Source of the DNA: an uncultured Rhodospirillales bacterium
GTDB taxonomy: Bacteria > Pseudomonadota > Alphaproteobacteria > Acetobacterales > Acetobacteraceae
DNA length: 32,000 bases
Assembly: GCA_903928895.1 (NCBI GenBank)
Contig: CAIYSR010000117.1
Location: 1-32,000 of the forward strand
Reading direction: 5' to 3'
The notes beneath the pieces are model-generated. The model worked only from the letters and a program-made list of their open reading frames with translations, was not told where the DNA came from and searched no databases. The position numbers were made by a program, and so were the translations under genes. This document shows, one piece after another, positions 25,864 through 32,000 of this stretch. Within the stretch, counting starts at the first letter, position 1, and every line of letters begins with the position of its first letter.

Positions 25864-26703
25864 GTGGAACTCTACAAGTATGCTGGCCTTGATAGGTTTG
25901 ACATCCTCAGAACGAGCCTCATTAGATATTCACAACCAAGTGCATTCAATGATCCATTCGAAATGCCGGCATTTCTCGAAAAAATTATCACCGACGAAGA
26001 AATGGAAATAAAATTGGAAAAAGAATTTATTCCGGAATTACTTAATCAATATATTGACAATTTTTCTACAGAAGGAAAGTTAGTGGTTCCATTTTCATAT
26101 ATATTGGAAAGAAAAGACGAATTATTTTAGCAGGCTCGCCGTGGAATCCCAAAATTATTGCATGCATTTACCATTGAAATACGGAAGAGAATTCATGATC
26201 TGGATAACCTTGTTGGTATCTTATCGCTCACCGAAGTGCCCGACGATCTTTTGATGTGGGCTCACTACGGTGATCAGCATCGCGGGATCGTTCTGGAGAT
26301 TGACTCCGAGGATGCAACACTGAACGAGCGCCGGACGACCGACGACGACTTTCGCCACTTGCGCAAAGTTAACTACGCTGACGAAAGACCGGAACTTATT
26401 CTTTCCGAATTTTCTTTTGAAGACCTATTTTTGCTTAAAAGTAACCATTGGGGATATGAAAATGAATGGAGGATTATAAAGTCCCTAAGTGACGCCACGA
26501 AAACTATAAATGCAGAACCACATGACATTTACCTATTTAACCTGCCGTCTCGCGCCATCAAAAGACTAATACTCGGCGCTCGCGTTCCCGAACGAATTCG
26601 TCTCAACATTGAGAACGAATTGAGTTTAAATTCGCATCTATCTCATATAACCGTGCAACAGGCCCAACTCGAAGATCGCAAGTTCGCAATTAGGATTATC
26701 TAG
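25864..26703 (+). pseudogene. DUF2971 family protein interrupted by a single in-frame TAG (26128-26130)
   Basis: ORFs 25864..26130 and 26158..26703 share one frame; N-half MELYKYAGLDRFDILRTSLIRYSQPSAFNDPFEMP and C-half ILSLTEVPDDLLMWAHYGDQHRGIVLEID together form one DUF2971-like protein. AT-rich relative to neighbours. Confidence 0.8.
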
Positions 26704-26769
26704 GATGAATTTCTCTTCTGCCTTGCGAGACAAATAGGGAGAAAAATCCTATGCAAACATCAAGTGCCC

Positions 26770-27033
26770 CTACTCCCCCAACTCCTTCTCCACCGCCCGA
26801 ACGACCACCCCCTGCCACCCCGGCCCCAACGCCCGCAGCCGCGCCAGCGTTTCCACCGGAAATCGGATACTCACCAGCGTCTTCGGCGCCGCCACAGGCG
26901 GCCGCCCCCGCCGCACCACCGTCTCCCCCCGCCGCAGCGTCGCCGCCGCGAAGAAATCCTCCGTCAACTCCGGCGCATCATCCGCCGGGTCCAAAATGGG
27001 CGCGCCAGCGCCGCTCTTCCTTGTCATGGCCAT
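26770..27033 (-). CDS. brnA: BrnA-family antitoxin
   Basis: DDAPELTEDFFAAATLRRG...TLVSIRFPVETLARLRALGPGWQGVVVRAVEKELGE; directly downstream of and overlapping brnT. Confidence 0.85.
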   Translation of the reverse strand: MAMTRKSGAGAPILDPADDAPELTEDFFAAATLRRGETVVRRGRPPVAAPKTLVSIRFPVETLARLRALGPGWQGVVVRAVEKELGE

Positions 27034-27259
27034 ACCTCATCGAAATAACCCGCCGCACCTCGCCGCGCAGCGTCCACACCATCACCACCAGCCGCCCCGC
27101 CACATACCCCGCCGTGATGAACCGCGCCTCGCCATACGCGAACCGCTCATCCTCCAACGTGGCATGCAACCCGGCGAACACCGCCGCCGCATCCTCGAAA
27201 TCCAGCCCCCGCTCCGGCAGCGTCACCCCCCGCTTCGCCGGGTCATAGCTGATCTTCAC
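26978..27259 (-). CDS. brnT: BrnT-family (DUF497) toxin
   Basis: MKISYDPAKRGVTLPERGLDFEDAAAVFAG...EARFITAGYVAGRLVVMVWTLRGEVRRVISMRYGHDKEERRW; GTG start. Confidence 0.88.
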   Translation of the reverse strand: MKISYDPAKRGVTLPERGLDFEDAAAVFAGLHATLEDERFAYGEARFITAGYVAGRLVVMVWTLRGEVRRVISMRYGHDKEERRWRAHFGPGG

Positions 27260-27301
27260 GATTTATCGCAGCTACAATTAATCCCCACTGCAATCCCTTT
27301 C

Positions 27302-27637
27302 CTACCCCACCAACGCCCGCACCATCCCCCGAACCGCCCCCAACTCCCCCACACTCACCCGCCCCTTCTTCACCGCCCCCCGCGCCCGCCAATCCAAACT
27401 CTTCACCTGATCCGCCAACACCACGCTCGCCGGGTCCCCCGCCAGCCTCACCTCAAACGGATATCCCTTGATCCGCGTCGTCACCGGGCAGCACAGCATC
27501 AACCCCGCCCGTCCATTATACGAAGCCGGACTCAGCACCAGCGCCGGCCGATGCCCGGCCTGCTCATGCCCCGCCTGCGGATCGAACGTCAGCCAAACCA
27601 CATCTCCCGCATCCGGAACATACCCCCGCCCGCTCAC
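27302..27637 (-). CDS. mazF: MazF/PemK-type mRNA interferase toxin
   Basis: YVPDAGDVVWLTFDPQAGHEQAGHRPALVLSPASYNGRAGLMLCCPVTTRIKGYPFEV...VLADQVKSLDW. Confidence 0.94.
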   Translation of the reverse strand: MSGRGYVPDAGDVVWLTFDPQAGHEQAGHRPALVLSPASYNGRAGLMLCCPVTTRIKGYPFEVRLAGDPASVVLADQVKSLDWRARGAVKKGRVSVGELGAVRGMVRALVG

Positions 27638-27876
27638 CAGGCCTCCCGCCCCACCGGCCCGCCGCTCGACACCTCGTCATGCCGGTTCTCGTCGCTGATC
27701 CCCGCCACCAGCGCCGCCAAATCATACCCGTCCTCCACGATCGGCTCCATCACCACCCGCCCCCCTTCCTCGCGAACCTCCACCGCCTGGTCCACGGAAA
27801 CCCGCGCCGCCGCCATCACCGACGCCGGAATCCGCACCGCCGCACTGTTCCCCCACTTCTTCACCACCACGCGCAT
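27634..27876 (-). CDS. mazE: MazE/AbrB-type antitoxin
   Basis: MRVVVKKWGNSAAVRIPASVMAAARVSVDQAVEVREEGGRVVMEP; 4-nt overlap with mazF; ATG at 27876. Confidence 0.92.
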   Translation of the reverse strand: MRVVVKKWGNSAAVRIPASVMAAARVSVDQAVEVREEGGRVVMEPIVEDGYDLAALVAGISDENRHDEVSSGGPVGREAW

Positions 27877-28037
27877 CACACACCTCCTGTCCACCCCTTC
27901 ATCCTCCACCCTTAACGCTGTCGTGTCAACAATGTAGATACACAGAGAACCCTCCTGCCTCCCCGAGTCGCACCCCTTGCCCTCCAAAGTTTCGTTCTGC
28001 TAAGGTTGCGAACCAAGATGTCCGGGGGGATCCAGCC

Positions 28038-29225
28038 ATGTTGCCGCGAAATATCCGCATCGCCGCCTTGTCCGTCGCCCTCCTCATCCCCGGCATCGCC
28101 GCCGCCGCCCCCACCGACCCCCCGGGCGCCCTCGCCACTCCCACCCCCGGCACCCCCGCCCCCGTGCCCCCATCCACCGTCCCCACGGTCGCCGCCAACG
28201 ATGGCCGCGCCGCATCCCTCGCCCCGCAAACCGATCCCCGCGTCACCTCAGTGCGTGACCGCCTGACCAACGTCACCGCCAACATCCGCGCCATCCGCAC
28301 CCAGTACGACGCCCTCCAGCGCGACGCCCAATGGACGCTCCGCGCCACCGTCGAACAGACCCAGACCGCCCAGCGCGGCCTGCGCGAATACCGCCGCCAG
28401 GCCCGCGACGCCGTCGTCGATACCGACAAGCTGATCGAAGATTCCAACCAGCTCCTCAAGACCCAGAAATCCGAGCTCGTCAGCCAGTTCTTCGCCTTCT
28501 ACCAAAGCAACGGCCTCCAGTTCCCGCCCATCAACACCAACCTCCAGGCCGAAAACGTCGAACCGCCCCCCATCGACCTCGACGAAGCCCTGACCCGCCG
28601 GGCCCGGGACGTCGAACGCATGAAGGACATCGAGGCCACCCTCGCCACCCCCCTGCGCGCGGGCGCGCCCGGCGTGCCCGGCGAAGACCGCAACCAGCTC
28701 CAGTTCGAGCTCCAGCAGCTCAAGCGCCAGGGCGCCCCCAACGAAACCAATCTCCGCCGCGGCTACACCGCCTACGAGTCCCTGCGCGGCTCCTACCAGC
28801 AGCTCGCCCGCCTCGTCGCCGACACCGCCCGCCTCCGCCTCGACGCCGACCGCCTCTCCAGCGAAATCGACGGCGCCATCTCCGATCTCTTCAGCCTCGC
28901 CACCCAGCAAAGCAGCTTCCGCCAGACCGTCACCGCCTATTTCGCCGCGGCCCTCACCGCCCTCATCGTCGGCTTCTTCATCGTCGTCGCCCTCGATTCC
29001 AAAGTCCGCGCCAACATCTTCGGCGGTCAGCTCGGCGTCGCCGGCGGCCAGGCCGGCATCCAGTTCGTCACCATCTTCGCCCTCGTCATCGCCATCATCC
29101 TCTTCGGCGTCATGGGCATCCTCGAAGGCAAGGAACTCTCAGCCCTGCTCGGCGGCCTCAGCGGCTACATCCTCGGCCGCGGCGTCGGCGGCAACCAGCC
29201 AGCCCAGCACCAACCGCCCCCCTAA
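28038..29225 (+). CDS. hypothetical membrane protein: signal peptide, coiled-coil, C-terminal TM segments
   Basis: Signal-like MLPRNIRIAALSVALLIPGIAAAA, long Gln/Arg/Leu helical region, hydrophobic AYFAAALTALIVGFFIVVAL and FVTIFALVIAIILFGVMGIL. Confidence 0.85.
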   Translation: MLPRNIRIAALSVALLIPGIAAAAPTDPPGALATPTPGTPAPVPPSTVPTVAANDGRAASLAPQTDPRVTSVRDRLTNVTANIRAIRTQYDALQRDAQWTLRATVEQTQTAQRGLREYRRQARDAVVDTDKLIEDSNQLLKTQKSELVSQFFAFYQSNGLQFPPINTNLQAENVEPPPIDLDEALTRRARDVERMKDIEATLATPLRAGAPGVPGEDRNQLQFELQQLKRQGAPNETNLRRGYTAYESLRGSYQQLARLVADTARLRLDADRLSSEIDGAISDLFSLATQQSSFRQTVTAYFAAALTALIVGFFIVVALDSKVRANIFGGQLGVAGGQAGIQFVTIFALVIAIILFGVMGILEGKELSALLGGLSGYILGRGVGGNQPAQHQPPP

Positions 29226-29291
29226 GGCCGAGGACGCCCGCGCCGCGAAAAATCCTTGAACCGGGTTTCACCGCGTTTTAGGAATAAATTC

Positions 29292-29888
29292 ATGCGAACC
29301 CAGCCCCTTCCCTCCCCCATCCGCGCCAGCGCCCTCGGCATCGCCGCGCGCCTCACCGGGATTCTCACCGGCCTCGCCACCATTATCGCCTATGATTTCC
29401 TGCGCAATCCGCGCCGCGTCGGCCTCATCATCACCCTCTGGAGCCGCCTCCACCGCGCCGCCCGCCGCTTCGAGCGCCTCGCCGCCCGCCTCGCCGCCGG
29501 CAAGCCCGAGCCGAAGCCCCGCGCTCACCGGCCCCGCCCCAAACCCGCCGCCCCCAGCCCCCGCAGCATGCGCAATGCCCCGCTCCCGCGCGGCCACGGC
29601 TGGATCGTGGCCGAGCTGAAACACCGCGCCGCCCTCTACCGCCTCTACCTCGAAACCCTCCTCGCCGAACCCGACACCGCGGCCCTCCTGGCCGCCTCCC
29701 CCGCCGCCGCCCGCATCCTGCGCCCGTTCTGCCGCATGCTCGGCCTCCCCCCCATCCCCGAATCCCCGCCCGAACCCGTCAGCCAACCCAGCCAGCCCGC
29801 ACCGCGCCGGACGCCCCCGTCGGCGTCCCACCCCGCGCCCCGGCCAGCCCGCCGCCGCCCGCCCCGGCCCGCGAAAAAAACCGCCTGA
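29292..29888 (+). CDS. hypothetical protein with Pro/Arg-rich C-terminus
   Basis: MRTQPLPSPIRASALGIAARLTGILTG...MRNAPLPRGHGWIVAELKHRAALYRLYLETLLAEPDTAALLAASPAAARILRPFCRMLGLP. Start within 29256..29888 ORF. Confidence 0.7.
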   Translation: MRTQPLPSPIRASALGIAARLTGILTGLATIIAYDFLRNPRRVGLIITLWSRLHRAARRFERLAARLAAGKPEPKPRAHRPRPKPAAPSPRSMRNAPLPRGHGWIVAELKHRAALYRLYLETLLAEPDTAALLAASPAAARILRPFCRMLGLPPIPESPPEPVSQPSQPAPRRTPPSASHPAPRPARRRPPRPAKKTA

Positions 29889-29926
29889 CCCACGGCGCCG
29901 ACTTGCGTCTTAATTGTTCCGTTTAG

Positions 29927-31033
29927 TTAATTAAATCGCCCCGGATCGACCAGCCCCACCGCCCCCGCCAGATCCGCATCCACCTTCCCCTCCACCAGCC
30001 CCGCCACCAGCCGCCCCATCGCCGGCGATGTCTGGATGCCATACCCCCCCTGCCCCACACACCAGAAAAACCCGTCCGCCACCCGATCGAACCCCACCAC
30101 CAACCCCCGATCCGGCGAAAACGTCCTGAGCCCCGCCCAGCTCCGCTCAACCCGCCGCACGTCGATATCGAGTGCCCGCTGCATCGCATCGATCCCCACC
30201 GCCACGTCGTACTCGTCCGGCTGCACATCATGCGCATGGATCGGCGTCTCATCCGCCGGCGACACCATCAGCTTCGTCCGCATCTCCGGCCGGCAATACC
30301 ACGCCTCATCCATGTCGTTGATCATCGGCCAATCCGTCACCACCCAAGGCGCCGGGTCCACAATGCAAGCCGTCCGCCGCATCGCCACCAGCCCCAGCGC
30401 CCGCACCCCCGCCATGACCGCCACCTCATCCCCCCAAGCCCCCGCCGCATTGACCACGATCGGCGCCCGAAACACCGCCCCGCCCGTCACCTCGACCTCC
30501 CACGCCCCCCCCACCCGGACAATCCGCCCCGCCCGGCTCCGCAACGCCAACACCCCGCCCCGCCCACGGTGCAACCGCAGGAACCCCTGATGGATCGCCG
30601 CCACATCCAGATCCGCCGCCCCCGCCTCATAAGCCGCCGCCGTCACCACGTCCCGGATCGCTGGAACCATCCCCCGCGCCTCGGCAACCGTTATCTCCCG
30701 CACCCCGACGGCCCCTACCATCGAGTCGCGCAGCGCCCCCTCCTGCCCCGCCCTCGCCAGCACCAGCGACCCCCGAACCCCACACAACGGCACCTCCGAA
30801 AACCCCACCGGCGGCGAAACCAGAAATTCCCGCGACGCCCGCGTCAGAATCTGCGCATCCGGCGAGCCATAATTGGCCAACCACACCGCCGCCGACCGTC
30901 CCGTCGAATGATACCCCGCCGCCGCCTCCGCCTCGACCAGCGCCACGCGCCGGGAAGCCGACAACTGCGCCGCCGCGGTTGCCCCCACGATGCCGGCGCC
31001 GATTACGATCACGTCATACGAATGGATGTCCAT
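29927..31033 (-). CDS. FAD-dependent oxidoreductase, DAO family (glycine oxidase / D-amino-acid dehydrogenase-like)
   Basis: YDVIVIGAGIVGATAAAQLSASRRVALVEAE, VVNAAGAWGDEVA, GLRTFSPDRGLVVGFD, FFWCVGQGGYGIQTSPAMGRLVAGLV. Confidence 0.93.
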   Translation of the reverse strand: MDIHSYDVIVIGAGIVGATAAAQLSASRRVALVEAEAAAGYHSTGRSAAVWLANYGSPDAQILTRASREFLVSPPVGFSEVPLCGVRGSLVLARAGQEGALRDSMVGAVGVREITVAEARGMVPAIRDVVTAAAYEAGAADLDVAAIHQGFLRLHRGRGGVLALRSRAGRIVRVGGAWEVEVTGGAVFRAPIVVNAAGAWGDEVAVMAGVRALGLVAMRRTACIVDPAPWVVTDWPMINDMDEAWYCRPEMRTKLMVSPADETPIHAHDVQPDEYDVAVGIDAMQRALDIDVRRVERSWAGLRTFSPDRGLVVGFDRVADGFFWCVGQGGYGIQTSPAMGRLVAGLVEGKVDADLAGAVGLVDPGRFN

Positions 31034-31072
31034 GCCACGAACATGCCCACCCGCGGCCGCCCCGGCAACCCG

Positions 31073-31456
31073 TCAATCCGCCAACGAAATCCCGCTCCGC
31101 ACCCGCACCAGCCCATTGACCAGCCCAACGATCTCCAAAGCCCCGAACGGCTTGCGCAGCAGTCGGGTCGCCCGATCCTCGGGCACTGGCTCCGGCATTT
31201 CCCAATCCATCAACCCGGTGACGAACACGATCGGTACCCCGCCCCACAGCCGCCGCAGCCATCGCCCGAATCCAACGCCCTGCATCATGCCGGGCAGCGA
31301 GATATCGATCACCGCCGCATCCACCCGCTCCGCCGCCGCATGCGCCTGCGCCGCCACGCCGCTGTCGGCCGCACTGACGTGGTAGCCCGCCCCGCGCAGG
31401 GCGCGGGCGACCACATCGCGAACCTGGAGATGGTCTTCGACCAGCAGGACCTTCAT
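31073..31456 (-). CDS. single-domain response regulator
   Basis: MKVLLVEDHLQVRDVVARALRGAGYHVSAADSG...DAAVIDISLPGMMQGVGF...VPIVFVTG...LLRKPFG; ATG 31456. Confidence 0.9.
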   Translation of the reverse strand: MKVLLVEDHLQVRDVVARALRGAGYHVSAADSGVAAQAHAAAERVDAAVIDISLPGMMQGVGFGRWLRRLWGGVPIVFVTGLMDWEMPEPVPEDRATRLLRKPFGALEIVGLVNGLVRVRSGISLAD

Positions 31457-31771
31457 GCCGGGCGTCGGCATATGGCACAGCATGGGCGGGATACGATCAT
31501 GCATGGCCCGGCCATGACCGCGCACACCCATCTGGGCGGGCATACTCGAAACCATGAAACTCAGGCTCCCCAATGGACATTCGCCCAAGCTAGGCGCCTG
31601 CATCCGGCCGGGGATCATGATGCCGTCAATTGACCGTCAATTTCCGCTATTTTTCGTTATTCTTGGGGCCGCCCGACGAATTTCACGGTAGTGTGATCGG
31701 GACGTTCACTCCGGGCCAACCGTTGGATGGGCCGGATCGATGAATGAGCCGTCATGATCCAATTGATCAGG

Positions 31772-31960
31772 TCAGCGATAGATCACGCAGTTCTGCCGCC
31801 CCGCCATCACGCAGTCCTGGATGTGCGATACCCCCGACAGGATGTCCCCGAGCCGCCAGCCGATCACGATCAGCACGACGACCACCACCATTGCGATCAG
31901 CGCATTGCGCCGCGACGGAGGGTCATCATCCGGCTCTTGTATCGGCATCTCGATTGACAC
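31772..31960 (-). CDS. small single-TM hypothetical protein
   Basis: MSIEMPIQEPDDDPPSRRNALIAMVVVVVLIVIGWRLGDILSGVSHIQDCVMAGRQNCVIYR; one clear TM helix. Confidence 0.65.
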   Translation of the reverse strand: MSIEMPIQEPDDDPPSRRNALIAMVVVVVLIVIGWRLGDILSGVSHIQDCVMAGRQNCVIYR

Positions 31961-32000
31961 TGTCAGTGGAGGCGTTCAGTTGACCTCATGCGCCCCATGA

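Noticed and set aside
25673-26707. TAGGATG at 25673-25679 and 26701-26707 as possible target-site duplication around the AT-rich gene
   Set aside because: Only 7 bp, no terminal inverted repeats or transposase, and the match is easily expected by chance.
29901-29936. AT-rich ACTTGCGTCTTAATTGTTCCGTTTAGTTAATTAAAT as a dif-like site
   Set aside because: Compared by eye with a XerCD dif consensus; the arms do not match and it is far from the skew change. It is just the space between convergent genes.
30230-31633. 467-aa plus-strand ORF with repetitive Arg/His/Pro sequence
   Set aside because: Opposite the DAO-family oxidoreductase and response regulator; composition is typical of a noncoding frame in GC-rich DNA.
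1-32000. CRISPR array, tRNA/rRNA, IS transposase or prophage
   Set aside because: No regularly spaced repeats, no recognisable tRNA cloverleaf sequence, and no transposase, integrase or phage structural motifs among the listed ORFs.

Overview
High-GC chromosomal window, alphaproteobacterial by gene content and probably Acetobacteraceae-like (inference). Most of it is housekeeping: a head-to-head pair of DUF465 genes, purE-purK, a nucleoside 2-deoxyribosyltransferase-like gene, a hybrid histidine kinase, a phr/cfa/metallophosphatase gene cluster with overlapping stops and starts, a PEP-CTERM protein, a LuxR-type regulator, GNAT/nitrilase/lpxB, two EamA transporters flanking fdhD, rpmE, coaX-rnj-DUF1467, a CLC channel, a GlcD-like FAD oxidase, a UgpC/MalK-type ATPase, an Ldh-family dehydrogenase, a DAO-family oxidoreductase and a response regulator. 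The least ordinary part is 25.6-28.0 kb: an AT-rich DUF2971 gene interrupted by one in-frame TAG, next to two toxin-antitoxin pairs (brnT-brnA and mazE-mazF), with paired hairpin repeats at its left edge. Other signals worth a look are a G-to-C strand-skew reversal near 19.0-19.5 kb in a coding-poor gap, a 16-nt-arm inverted repeat filling the space between the convergent EamA and rpmE genes, a perfect 16-bp hairpin with a GAAA loop in the rpmE/DUF1467 intergenic region, and a 15-bp tandem repeat inside the N-terminal extension of cfa. I see no convincing CRISPR array, tRNA, rRNA, transposase or complete phage module. I did not find a clear new multigene system; the DUF2971/TA segment is the best candidate locus.
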